Of a DNA stretch of 64,000 nucleotides, positions 12,063 through 25,215 are shown in pieces (position 1 is the first letter of the stretch; every line of letters begins with the position of its first letter). The DNA is taken from the NCBI RefSeq assembly GCF_011745625.1, contig NW_027191508.1, forward strand, positions 1 to 64,000. Direction: 5' to 3'. The notes under the pieces were generated by a model, which was given only the letters and a program-made list of their open reading frames with translations, ran no database searches and had not been told where the DNA came from. A program made the translations under genes and the position numbers. Origin of the DNA: Cladosporium halotolerans. Its lineage: Eukaryota.

Positions 12063-13924
12063 ACGTGGCTCATCAGTACCCCGCGCATACCAGTACCCCG
12101 CGCACTTTCTCGACGTGGCCGCACTTCCACGACCAAATTCACAACCACGGACGCTCATATTGATCAGAACATGCTCGTAACCTAGGCAGTAGGTAGTTCT
12201 ACTTCGAATTGGCACGTTCTTATATTATGACCTGGCTTTCCGCACTTGCGGCAGCGACGAATTGGCACCAGCCCTTCACTGCTGCGGCACTGATTTTCAA
12301 CTGCACCTTGCCCTTGCTGCTCTTCTCTGTGCTTCTGAGCCAAGATTCCTCTCGCACTCTGCGCGGTAAGCGTGCCTCCATGGCGGACACGAGATGTCTC
12401 AGCCCTCCGCCGCCTGCTAAGGGCTTGGTTGGCCTTCTGTAGAGTGCGGTTCTCTGCAGTCAGAAGGGTCACTGAGTGGGCCATCGCCTCAATTCCCTTC
12501 GCCATCTGCCTAACAACCGAGAAAATAGGTGTTGGAGAACTACCCTGGTGACCACTGATCTGAGACTTCACCAGCTCGGACTGTCAGATGGCTTCGGTGG
12601 GGTTGTGAGGTGTCTGAGAGACCCAAAGATTGGCCTCGGCCGCTGGAGATCTTGCCGGCGTTGGGGTTCGCAGCTTCACATCAAGCCTAGAAAGTACAAC
12701 TTGCGGATCAAATGGGACAAGACCGGCCCCACGGAAACCCCCGGCAATGTTGTTCGCAGTCATAGAAGCTATATACGCCGCTCGAAATGCCAGAAAGAAT
12801 TCGACCTTAGTGATGTGATTGATGTGTGCCCGGATGACAGTCCCAATTTCTTTGCCGTAAGCACTTTTGAGAGGGCTGAAGAGCCCGACATCGAGCGGCT
12901 GAGTGATGTGGGAGGAATGAGGTGGGAGGCAAACAGGGACAATGCTGTGATCCTTACAGTAAGCTTCGAACTCGACCGACTGATGGCTCCCGTGCCCGTC
13001 AAGTATTAGCATCCGATGACTACCCTTCGTGCGCGCTCTGGTATGCTTGTCGAAGTGTTTGATCCAGTCTAGGCCTGTTTCATTATCCGTCCACCCGTTG
13101 GAAGTGGGCTTGATGACCCAGGAGTCGGGGAGATCACCCTCGAAGTACCAATTCGCCAGGTGACAGGCGCCTTTGACGAGCAGAAATGGGGACACATCGA
13201 AACCGTCACCACTGATGCAGGCAATCGCGGTCGCCCATTCCCGGTTGCCAGGCTGCACAGCCTTGCCTCTCCCACGCCGATCAGAACGTGTAACGGCCAC
13301 CGAAGGGCATATGACACCCATCATGAAGCCTGTCTCGTCGAAGTTGTACAGATCGCAGTCGAGGATGCCAAATTTGCTTTTCATGTTAAAGAACAGGCGA
13401 AACCACGCGCCTACAAGATCAGGGTCTTCACAAAGGGCCCGCTGGAAGTCGTAGGCGCGCGAACACCGCGTGCGGAGTTCCTCCCTTCGCCGAACGAAGC
13501 GACAAGGCCACTGTTTTCCGACGCGTCGTGTGCCCCGCGACGCGAGGATGCGATTTGCCATCTCCCTCACGTCCTCCAGTGAGGGTGGAAATCCTCGCGC
13601 GTCCAAGTCCAGTATATACTGGACTACTGCTCTTTCTTCGGGCGCGGTCAGAACCTGAACAGAGGGCCGACGTTCGGCAATCGGAGTCGCGCCATTCATT
13701 CTGTCGCGGAGGGTTGTTTCGGGCACATTGTAGAGATTTGCAGCAGCCCGGCGGCTTAGGTTATCCGTTTTCTGGATAGCATCAATAGCCAAGATGACTC
13801 GTGCTTCAATGTTTCGGTCCCGCATCGTCTGTTGTAATGATATGGCGTGTTGAAGCTGGAGCATGGTGTCGCGTCGGGAAAGTGCGCGGGGTACTGGAAT
13901 GCGCGGGGTACTGATGAGCCACGT
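12063..13924 (-). mobile_element. Fot1/pogo (Tc1-mariner) DNA transposon
   Basis: TIRs acgtggctcatcagtaccccgcgca... at both ends, TA/TG flanks, transposase inside. Confidence 0.93.
12182..13864 (-). pseudogene. Fot1-like DDE transposase with an in-frame stop at ~12584
   Basis: HTH (RRAAANLYNVPETTLRDR), YNFDETGF, LILDGHGSH, QPLDVG, C-terminal CRKCGKPGHNIRTC in the downstream in-frame ORF. Confidence 0.9.
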
Positions 13925-14621
13925 TGGGTAATTTTGAGAGGTTCCGTTTGGTCTCTCTGAAAACTAATAGCTTCATCAATCTCCGCCTCAACCTGGTGGT
14001 ATTTAGACGCCATGGTGGTTGAATAGTTTAGGTGAAAAAGGAATAGACGCGTAGCTATACCACCATTTGCATTGAGCTGTGTTTTGCATTGAGCTGTGCG
14101 GCACTCGCTCGCGAGTCTGAGACGAGACGAGGGGTAGCGCACAAATAGCTCACATGAGACAGGGAGGAGGAGGAGGAGGGATTTATTCCGCCCGGCGCTA
14201 AGCACCTAAAGGGCAACACACTATTTACGTCACAAAGTTATATGCGTTCCGGTAAGGCTGAACCTAACAAAACTCTAAGCTCATTGTCCCTCAACACTGT
14301 AGATCATCCATCAGTGTGTATTGCTTTTATCCTTCGAGTGCTCGTGGTCAATGGTTGGCAGGTACTCTTGAAGCTGTGTTTCCAAGTGTTCATCGTCCTA
14401 TCTCCAGCAGATGAAGCGGGGTCCTGCCGTGTGCACGAGGGTGCATAGGGATGGTGCGGTATTGATGATTTATAGGGTGGATAGGCAGGGAGCCCGAGAC
14501 CTTGCTGGCTTAGCGCCGGCCCGCTTCCAGCTCTTGAGAGATCTGTTGACGCACAAATAGCGCGTACCCAGGCATGCCATCTACGGTGTAGTCCCGCTAG
14601 GCTCCAGAATTGCATCAGTCC

Positions 14622-17470
14622 CAGTGAACGAAATGGTCCGGTCAATCTGGTCTGAAGGGTCAGACCAGATTGACCATCCAAAGACTGAGGCTAGACCAAA
14701 AAGACCACGGTAGACCGTTTCCTAAAAAGGAAGGTCAAAGCGAAATGGTATAGCAGAGCGCTAACACGATTATTATGCTACCTCTTGTGCACATGTGGCA
14801 TCATAAGTTTGATCTGGGGATCTCCTACTGCCGTGGAATTCCTGCTCAATGGTATCCTCGTCGTCAAAGGCACTGTAGACTTCCGCTTTGCCAGGATCTG
14901 TCTTCAGAGGCCTGCCATACCAATTTCGAAGGCACTGTGTCGCTTCGATGATGTCGGCGGAAAGGCGATTGCGGCGGTAGGTAATGAGATCGCGACCGCT
15001 ACTAAAGGAGCGTTCGGCATCATCGCTCATGCAGGGGATGGCGAGGCAATCGAGCGCGAACTTGGCTAGCTGTGGTAATGTCTGTTGGCGCTCCAACCAA
15101 AAGGCAATCACATCAAATTCTTCGCTACGAGGCACTGTATCAGTGGCTAGGTATGCATCAAGCTGGTCGATAGGTTCCGAGGGGTCATTGAGCCGTCTTC
15201 GTTTGTGCATGTAATCGATACGGCGCTGCCGTGGGTCATCGGATATCTCTTGGGATACGGCGGTACGTCGCTGCGAAGCGTTGGCCACGGATGGTTTGTA
15301 TTGAGCTTGCCACAGAGCTTTCATCTGCCGCTCAACTTGTATGATCCAAGCCTGCTGCTCTGGCGTCCCGTGGCTCCATTCGTCTATAAACCACTGCTTC
15401 TTCTCCCTCGGATCAAGCATGATCGCAGCGTAAACGATAGGCGTGTCATCTGCGAGCCTGTAGTACTTTTCGGCCTTCTGCCAAGAAGCTTCACAGCATT
15501 TCGAAAGGAGCGCAAAGGTCTTATCCCCTACGGAGTCCTCTTCGAATTGTAACCGCCAATTATCAAGCTCATGCAAAAGCCACGACAGCGTCTGGAACCA
15601 TTCGGAAAAATAAGATCGATGGACCTGCGTGGTCGAGGAAGCGACCTCGAAAGTCTTGAGGCAGTCATGGATCTTATCGAGTTGGGTCCAGTGCTGGGCC
15701 GTCAAAAGGTCTCTCTTGACGCCGCCAGTAGGTCTGTCAGGTTTGTGGCGGCGACAGAAGAGGGCGATACGTTCTCTGACCGTCAAAGCACGCCCAATGG
15801 CGGTATAAAATGAGTTCCAGCGTGTCGCATTATCGGCTATCAGCTAAAGCAAAGTCAGACTACGGGCCGACAATGTGAGGGTCATGCAACACATGCAGCT
15901 GACTGATGGAGGCGATGACGTGAACACGAGTGAGATTGCTGTTCTTCTCCATGATTAGGCAGCCATGCTCTCCGTTGTGACGGGCGTCCATATATATCAC
16001 CAAACATGCAACTCGTCCACTTACCTCGAGGAGATCGAATTCTGCCAGCTCACCGCCCTTTATACACTCCATGAACTCTTGTCGCCTTTGAGGACTCCAT
16101 CGAATATACTTGATGATGTTGTGTAGTCTTCCTACCGGCCCACGACCCCGCCAGAGCTCATCACATCCCTCTGAATCGCCCTTGTTTGCCAGTCGATCTA
16201 GTTCCTTGTCGCCCCCTTTTTTACCGCCCCCAAATATCAGTGCATTCGCACACAGGTTGACAATGTGACCAAGGCATCTCAAGCGGCGGCCGGTTCGATC
16301 CTCTAGAGATAGTCCAGGGTACAGGCGGCTCAGGATGGTATGGGCAGCAGCGTCGTTCGACGAAATGTTATCCCCGATGATGTAGCCGACTCGATCTTCG
16401 AATTCGTACTCCCGGACGACGCTAATGACTATTTCGCCTTGATGCTCACCTGTATGCTTGCTGTAGACCCTTCGGAAGGCCAGAAGCTTGTTCTGTCGTG
16501 TCCCGGAGGGGCTGATCCAATGCCCAAAAACCGACAGTATGGCTATACCGTTCGGTGCCGTCCACATGTCAAACGAAAGATGTATGTCACTCTTAGCGAG
16601 TCGGAGCTCAGCCTTGACACCCTCCTTCTGCTCAGCGTATTCATCCATGATCCAACGACGAAGGGTAACGCCAGCGCGCGGCAAAAGGCCAGCAAGGCCA
16701 ATGTTTAAGAAAGCGACAAGCTCTCTGAAGTAGTCGTTCTCAAGCATAGCGAATGCAAGCTGACAATAAACGATCCAACGCAGGAAGAGGCGCTTGAATT
16801 TGTCGTAGTCGTAAGTTGAGACCATGGTAGCGAACGAGGTAAGTCGTCTCTGGGTCGCAGGTGCCTTTTCGACCTTGTTGCCCTCCCGATCGAAGCCATG
16901 CACGACCATGTGATCTATACCACCCTTTGTACCGCATAAGACCGGGAGCTTTTGAGGCTTCCTCTCGCTCTCACACAAATAGCAGTAGTATACCTCTTTC
17001 TGGTCACCCGCTCGTACCAATGCTTCACCGTACGCCCAGACTGGAGAATTCTTCTTCTTTGTTTTTCCCATCACTGCTATGGTGTTCTTTCTCCGGTATT
17101 GCTCGCCGTATAGTTTGAAGGTCTCGAGGCAGCGCTGGGGGTCGTATTGAGGGTTTCGAGGATACAGAGTCACCTGATCCGATGATTGAGAGCTGCTGAA
17201 AAGTGTTGATAGCATGGCGAAAGGTTTCGTGTACGTGTCTGTCACCCAAATACGCTGGAACGCGTGTTGATGTTCTAACACGCGTCTTTCCCGCGCCGAT
17301 ATGCAATGTGGCGCCACGGTCACACCACCATCCGAATTAGGAAGTGGTGACCATGGTGACCACGAGACCCAGACCATATTGACCATTTTCAGAATAAATG
17401 CCGACCAGATTGAACATTGACCGATCAAGGATTGACCAGACCAATATGGATTGGACCATTTCTTTCACTG
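14622..17470 (-). mobile_element. hAT DNA transposon
   Basis: TIRs CAGTGAA(C/A)GAAATGGTC, subterminal gacca/tggtc repeats. Flanks differ (no 8-bp TSD). Confidence 0.9.
14773..17215 (-). CDS. hAT transposase (one intron ~15846-16025)
   Basis: BED-like CYLC..H..H, HLSFDMWT, RLRCLGHIVNL, spliced LIADNATRWNS, dimerisation motif LAIPCMSDDAERSFS. Confidence 0.85.
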
Positions 17471-20400
17471 GTGCCGACGGCTCGCCAAAACCCCGTGTAA
17501 CCAAACGTGCTCGCCAAATGTCTGACCCGGTTGATGCTTGTGCAATACATCACGATCTTGTCCTCCGCCGGGTACTGCGCCTTTTTCTCCTCCACCAACG
17601 CATGGACCGCGTCGTCGCCTTCTCCGGCGTCGTAATTGCGGACGCTGTACGCGATGTTGGGCCGTGTCGTCGCCTCCCGCAACATCGCGACCTCCTTCTC
17701 GTCCAAATCCATCGCGGACATGAATTCGGCCTGCTTTGTTGGCGGCAATGTCGCCGTCAAACACACCACTTGCGTCGATCGACCGGCCAATGCCCGCAAC
17801 TCACGCACGTTTGGTCTCCACGTATCCGTGGACTGCATGATCGTGTGGCACTCGTCGATCACGATTCGCTCCAACCGCTGCGTGCTGCTTCTGGAATTGA
17901 TGAAATCCGCAAATGTCTTCGTCACGGCTGATTCGGCGATCGCGAACAAAATGCGCGCATCGTACGGCGGTGCCCGCTCTTCGCTCCATACGGCACACTT
18001 GATGCCGGCGTCGATGCATCGCTGCTTCATGTTGGCTTGTAACGCCCGCTTCGGTACGACCACGATTGTCAACCCGCCCTGGGACGCGGCCGCTGGCAAC
18101 ATGAACAACAAACTCTTGCCACCACCTGTCCGCATCACGACGACTACCCGGGGGTGGCCTTGCGTGATCATTTGCAATGCCTCGCCTTGCAATCCTCGGG
18201 ACTGGGCGCTGGGGTTGCTGTAAAATCGCCGCAACTCTGCCAACGGGTCGATCGCGCGCATCTGCTCGAACTGCCGAAATTTGGCGTCTCCCCGGTCTTG
18301 TTTGATGCGTCTTCGGACGTCGGGGTCGACTGATTCCTCGCTCCACGCCGACGGGAACCACAAAAATCGATGCCAATCGCGACTCACTCGACCGAACATC
18401 TCTTTCTCGGCGATTGTCGTAAATGGTGATTGCTGTGCTGATCGGCCGTAAATATCCTCTTCCATTTGGAAACTGTGTCCTGACTGCTCTGCGCGGATGA
18501 CGGCGATGTTGTCGTCCGCCACCGGATCGGGCGCCGCCTGTCGGTTGTCGTATATGCGGTCCAATGCTCCACGCGTCTCCTTGTCCGTGGCGAACTCGCG
18601 GTGGATGGCGGGATACACCTGTCGCCAATCGCTGATGCCTATGCGTACTCCAATCCGCCTCTCGGTCTCGCGCTGCATCACCCTCCTGGTGCGGTCGGTC
18701 GTCCAATAACCGTCGCAATTGCGGGCTTTCTGGCGTGGTCGGGTCGTGACGATGCTCCCGTGTCCCTCGGCGGCCTCGTCGTTCTCCTCATCGTCATCGA
18801 CCTCGTCTTCGGTGCGATCGGTGATTGCGGGGCACCCTTCTCGTTCTGAATCGTATCCCTCGTCCAAATGTTCGACGTCTGCGTCCGGCCAATCCTCCTC
18901 GGGCGCCGGCTCCCACAACCACGAACTGTACGTCTGCTGCCCATTCGCCCCGGCCTGGACGATCCGCTCAAATGGTTCGACCAACCACAAATAATAAATG
19001 ACGATCTCGCCGACTTCTCGCGGTACAAACCGATGGACGTTCTTCATGCTTTGGCTCGCGCTGTACCCTTTGTGGTACGTCGTCACAAACGCCACCAATC
19101 CGTTGTCCACGAACACGCCTCGTTGCGATCGCGCGTTCTGTCCGTTCACCCGTTGGATGCTCGTCAATTCGGTGGATCGGGCGGGCGCTCCGGCCGACAT
19201 GTGCACCAATACCATCAACTCCTCTTTGAACCTCGTGACCGCACGCAAATAATCCGCCACGGCATCCTTGTTCCAATCGATGGCGGCCGAACTTTCTTCC
19301 AACCCCTCGTCGACGTTGATGAACTTGGCTTCGATGTCGGGTTCGTGTAACGCACGCTGACCCATCCACGTCGCTCCGTCCACCGCCCACTCGTTACGCA
19401 CGTCGGCCAAAAAACTCCAACCCTCATCCATTATACTGTGGTTGTCGGCGATCTGCTTCAATTCGAACCGTGGTAACCCAATGGGCCTCCATCCGTTGGC
19501 ATTGGCTCGCTCCACCACGGGCAACATCAACAACTCTCCGATCAACCTCTGCCGCGCCGTGCTCAACAAACCGTGGACGACGGTGCGGACGTCACTCATG
19601 CTGAACTTGATCTTCCGGCACAAAACCGTGTCGTCTCCCTCCCACGATATCTGCCCTTCCGCCTTGGTGGTGTACCGGATCTTCATCCCGTACGTCTTCT
19701 GCGTGTAAATGGTGTTCAACGGCGTGGGTTGGCTGCCAAATACCGTCAACGTCATGAATTGGTGGACGGCCGCTTTCACCCCGTCGAACACGCTTGGTGC
19801 TTCTTCGCGGGCCTCATCCTCGGACACACCGGCTGCTGACTGATCTGAAATGTGCTGTCTCCGTTGGCACCACGCCCTGCGGATGACCATGGCTCGCATC
19901 GTTGTGATGATGGCCGCCAACGTGGGGGTGTAATTGATCGCGGGCATCCACCCTCCGTTGTCGCCGTCGGCTCCTAACACTGCCAATCCGCTCAAAATGG
20001 CGCTGTCGAACTCACGGTCGCCTAATCTGTGGTCGAACATTGCAATCCAAAATTCTAATGCAACTTTGATCGATTCGTCCTTCTGGCCGTTTGTCTTCGC
20101 GGCCTCTCGGCGGTAATCCTGCAACCTCGCCTGCTGTGAACGGGTCAATCGGTATTCCGGACGATCTTCCATGTGTTCCGTGCGCCAAACGTATCGTAAA
20201 ATCTTGACGAATTTCTCGGTGTACCGACGGATCGTTTGCACCTTCTGCTTGCTGTAAAATGGTCGGTCGTTGTTCGCTGCTCCCGCTTCGCGACGGTTGA
20301 CGTACTCCATTGCTGCGCGGCCAACGGTCTCCACTTGGCTGATTTTGAATGATCGCCGGATTAATATGCTTGTGGCCGCGCATGCCCTTCTCAATGCGTC

Positions 20401-21237
20401 TTCGCTCCTTTGGATCTCTGCTTCGTCACCTCGATCCGTTCCCTGGCTTGGGCTTGCGTCCGACGTCCTACCTCGTGCTTGATGCGTTTGGCCGTCCGTC
20501 TCATGCTCCCCTTCTATCGACGGCTGTATCATCCGTACTGCCCACTCCTTATGCACTCCTATGTGCTCCTCCCAACCGGTGTGCGTCAACCACGGACTGG
20601 CCTCGCACCTTCGTCGCTCGCTCATCTCTGTTTTCTTGCCCTCCTCTACCCATTCTAACAACCTCTTCAAATACCCTCCTCTGTGCTGCTTGACGGCTTT
20701 CGGGGCTCCTGTTTCTCTATCGATAATGTCGGCTGTGGGTGGCCTGACTGCGACGGCGAAATACTGCTGCCATTTACCGGTCTTGAAAAATCTTTGACAC
20801 GGCTGATCATCCTTCCACAATCGTGCGGCTTGCTCGGTGGTGGGATGTCTGGGACTTCTGCCTTGATTCCGCGGATTCTTCCATCCGTGTTCTTTTTCGC
20901 AATGCTGCTGGATTCCGGTCCTGTGGCAACAAACATAATTGCACGCGACTCCTTCTCGGATCGCAATGCAACGCTTTCCATTTTCCGCTACGGGTATCCA
21001 TCCCACCGGTTGGCTGCTCGAATCCGGGTACACCACCTCCTCGGGCGTCCACGCGACATCCGACATATGGCTGACTGCGTCGGCAATCGCACGGGCTTGT
21101 GATCTACTGATCGTTTTGCCATGCTTCGTCTTGATATGTCCTTCAACCTGCATGGGGATTACTGCGAATCTGCATCTTCTACAAATTATTACCTTATACT
21201 CTGGACAATGTACGAATAATTTGTTGAATTGCTCCAT
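17471..21237 (-). CDS. DUF3505-type zinc finger + putative tyrosine recombinase + RecQ-like DExH helicase (telomere-linked helicase family); C-terminus cut by hAT
   Basis: ICRRCRFAV...HIKTKH; GAPARSTE; TTYHKG; DWRQVY; QSGHS..IYGR; MRTGGGKS; VIDECH; LTATLP; VMYCTS. Confidence 0.85.
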
Positions 21238-21829
21238 GGCGGAATTGTGGGTCGGCGATTTATTGTCCGCCTTAACGGCTGTGTCGTATACCCCTTTCGC
21301 ATTTGCTACTGAACGTTCTGCTCCAAAACGCGCTGCGGCTGCGCCACGGTGTGGCGTGTGTGGCTTATGGGCGGAACTTCATTCTTCTCATGGCGCATTT
21401 TCCGACATCAAAATCCCAACACTCTGTATTGATCCATCTGGATATTTGGGTCCGATGGATACGAAATTGATCGGATTGCAATTCATAATTTTTTTGCGAT
21501 TTCCCAATCACGTTTTCCAACTGATATCGACTAACTGATATCGACTTCTTTTCCTACCCTAACGCTAGACGCTGCCATACAAATTAACCCTAATTTTACT
21601 GATATCGACTCGATATCATCTGGACATTGTGGGGCTGATTATTGGTGGCATCAAGATGAGTCAGTTGATGTTAAGTTCCTTCGTTTGACCGATAGTCTCC
21701 TCCCGTCAGTCCGGGAGACTATGACTTTAGATCTGGAATCTCTTGCTCCATAATCTCGGCTGCAAGGGAGGATCACTGTTTGGGGAAATGGTTTTTGAAC
21801 GAGTTTGAAAAGGTGCTAGACTTAGCGAA

Positions 21830-24561
21830 CTAGTATTCCCACACAGGGTCACTTGTCATGTTGGCCGCAGACTCTGTTCCTCTGCCTTCACTGCCTCGAG
21901 CTGCTTTCGAAATTCGCATGTTTGTCATCTCTTGTAGAGGTCTTTTCTTTCCAAGCGTTGGGTCGCTAAAACCGAGAAATGCGTGCCAGCTCCGGCTGAC
22001 CGCACGAAAGCCAGCCCTGCGTGCTTCGACATGCCCGGGAGCCTCCTCCAGCCCACGCGCATATAATCTCCCTGCTGTCCATGAGGTATGTGCCGTCTGC
22101 TGATCGCTACTGCTCTCACCGATATCGTAGTCTCGTTTGAATCCTCCTTGCGATAAGTGGCGGCGAGAAATCGCGATAGCTACATGGCGATATATGGGTA
22201 TCGTAAGTGGAACGTTGAACTGGGTACTCGTCTCTCTTTTGAGAACTTTTCCAAGACGGGAGCTTGACCACATCCCTTTCCCCTCTGGCCAAAGGAGCGA
22301 AGATAAAGCTGACTTCGTAGCCCCCACAAAACCAGTCCCACGGGCTTGATGGGCTTTAGCTGAAGTGGGCTCATGGGTGTGCTGTACGGATTGGAGTAGT
22401 TCTACTTTCTGAGCGAATGGAAGGATCAGCCAAAGGTAGTAAACAAGAAGCTCACTTATCTCCCGTGGCAGGTATCGGTGGATGATCTTCGTAGTGCCGG
22501 TGCAGGTATAACCTTTATGGTATGAAGTGACGAGCGCGACTAAGCCGTCCTCCACGAAAACATTCCGATGGAACAAATTGTTCGTATGCTGCAACCCCGT
22601 GATTTCTGTGCCACGAGCAGGTTGGCCTGCGGTCATATGAACGAGTAATAGCAGCGTCTCCAAGAAGCTGTCGACCTGTGAACGATACCATTGAACCTCT
22701 CTGCTGTCCCATTCCACGCCATGGGAGCCACGAACAGAGCAGAATCTGTCCCGGAGCCTGTCGAGCTGAAGGACCCTCCTCAAGAGCCAGGTATCGCCAG
22801 GAGGCAACGTGTCTTTATTTCGCTTATCCTTCGTGAAATTCCAACCCTGTGTGACGACAGTAGGATTGTCGTGGATGCGATGAAGTGCAACCCGAGGGAC
22901 GACTTCAGCCCTTTCCTCGTCCCTCCCGAGCAGGAACAACGTTTCCATTTGTTGCTGTGCCTTGTGCACTTGTTCAAGTACAAATTGCCGGAATGATGTT
23001 ATGGGCAGCTCAAGATCACGATAATGGATGGTCTGCGCATCTTCCGACCACCGCATGTAACCCAAAGACGTCGTGCTATCGCGAATCTGTTTGCCGTATG
23101 ATCGCATATGGAGAGCCCACGTGAATGGCGTCGTGTTGTTCAGTGTCATAAAGCGCTCGCGCATCTCGTCGAGAGGGTCGAGCGGATCTTGAGCCAGACC
23201 ATCCTCGGCCATCATGACAGCCTTCTGGAGCACTAACAGCTGAGCAATCTTGATAAACGCGGAAAGCTTCGGTGTGTAATTTGGAGCCTCATAAAGTGTT
23301 CCATTCGCTTCGTCAATTCCGAGCACTGCCAGGAAGCCCACTATGGGGCTTTGAAAAACATTCCCACGAAGAGGTTGTTCGAGTAGCGACAGACAGAAAT
23401 CCAAGCACACGCGGTCCAAAGGCTCGAATGCCACAGAGGGTCTTGTGACTCTCGCGGCACTGTGCGCAAGTAGACTGTCGAGGAGGGCAGTCTGTTTGCT
23501 GTTGAGAACATGTTGGAATCGCAGGTGTTGATCTGGGTCGTGTGTGCGGCATATGAAAGCCAGAGCTCGCTTCCAGGATTGTTTGTATTGCTTGTACGTG
23601 GACTTTTGGAGTTTATAGACAAGTGGACGGCTGTAGACTTCCTTGCCAGGCAGGAAAGAAGAGATGCGCCTTTGTCCGAAGAAATTGACTTTTTCAGTGC
23701 ACAGAGAATTGTGGGCGGCTTCCACTAGTCGGTCAATCGCCATCCCGAGTTCGTCGAGGAGTGGTTCGTCGAGTCGATGCGGCAGTCTGACGAGTTTAGC
23801 AGCCTCGTTCAATGGTATGTCCTCTAGGTAGTGCAGCCAGCGAGTCCTCTCGAGCCAGGGAGATACCTGACAGTGCGTGACCTCGGTGGAGATAGCGAGG
23901 TCCTCTCGTAGCTGAGACGCTTCCAATGCGGCCAGATCATTGAGGACCACGTCGGCAACGAGCTCGCGATCACCAGATCCGATGTACTCGTGGTCCCTTT
24001 CAGGCCACAGGCTATCTCTCGCGCCCACCGGTTTTTTCACCCGGAAGGAAACACTGCCTCCGACACCAGCAGTGAAAAGTCGCTGGTAAAACGCCGGCAC
24101 GTAAGGTGGCTGTCCACCATGATGCTCTCGATCGAGACGCTGTCGCAGTGCACCCTTGGCTTTTGACACTGCACCGGGCTCACGTCTGACAGGTGCATGC
24201 CTCGAGTTATAGTGTCTACTCGCATTGTCCTCTCGCTTGGTTACGAATTGGCAGTGAGTGCAGCCGTAGCCAGTGTGCACTTTCAGCGCAGGAAGTGCTT
24301 CTTCGTCCGGAGGCGGTATAGGCAAATCGTCAATAGAAGGATTCATGGGCTTACGAGGCAATGAGGGAAGCAACACGCCTTGCACCCAATCTGTGGTGGA
24401 CCGCTTCGTCCGGAAGTCACTGCTATAGTGACGATGGTTGCTGCGGATGGGGTTATGAGATGCTTAGGGACGACGCCGGCAGCGCAGGGCTTGCAAACCA
24501 AGATCCTTTGTTCGACCAAGAAGTGGAACAGCCCTGGCTCCGTACAGTTTTCCGCGGACAT
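21830..24561 (-). pseudogene. DUF3505-type zinc finger + putative tyrosine recombinase, no helicase; frameshift near 24450
   Basis: N-terminus LVCKPCAAGV..HL in ORF 24343-24561, then 851-aa ORF with CTHC..H...H, GQPARGTE, SYHKGY, IYRHVA, QTAHTS..RLYAR. Confidence 0.8.
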
Positions 24562-25215
24562 CTTTCGAAAGTTTGAGGTAAATTATAGTATAACTTAAGG
24601 TTAGTGGCTACTGAGACAACGCGGGAGGAACGAGTGAGACACGAACAGGAACGCGTGAAGCTAAACGGGTCTAGCGCAAGGGTTAGGCGTGCGGGGTGGC
24701 TTCTGATTGGCTGCTTAAAGATAACGAGTCGATATTTTTATAGCATGTGTATCCAGCTTGTGTTGGTCATGGAATATAAAATGGGGGAAGAACCAACAGT
24801 GAGACTCGTTTACGACTTTGTCACGGACAAAGTCAATTTTTACATCATTGTGAAGCGCGAAGCAAGGAGAGGAGAGCGACATCATCAAGGCACCTGCTGC
24901 CATGCAGGCGGGAGTGCTATCGCCTGGCAAAGGTGGAGCAGGACCCCCTCGGCACGACGTTCATGGAATTCTTGCGAACGCGGGGTCGGCCCAACCAATC
25001 AAAGACCCTTGTGAGGAACGAATTACCCCTGGAACAGCTCATACGGGTGTCGAACCTGTGCATAGCTTAACAGATCAATCAATCAATCAATCAATCAATC
25101 GATCAATCGATCCGGATGGGGAGACCATGAAGAGGCCAGACAAACTCCAAATGGAGCGAGCGCGGTTAGGCCAACCTTCAGAAGCCCGAAGAAACGTCGT
25201 GCGGATGAAGGCTCG

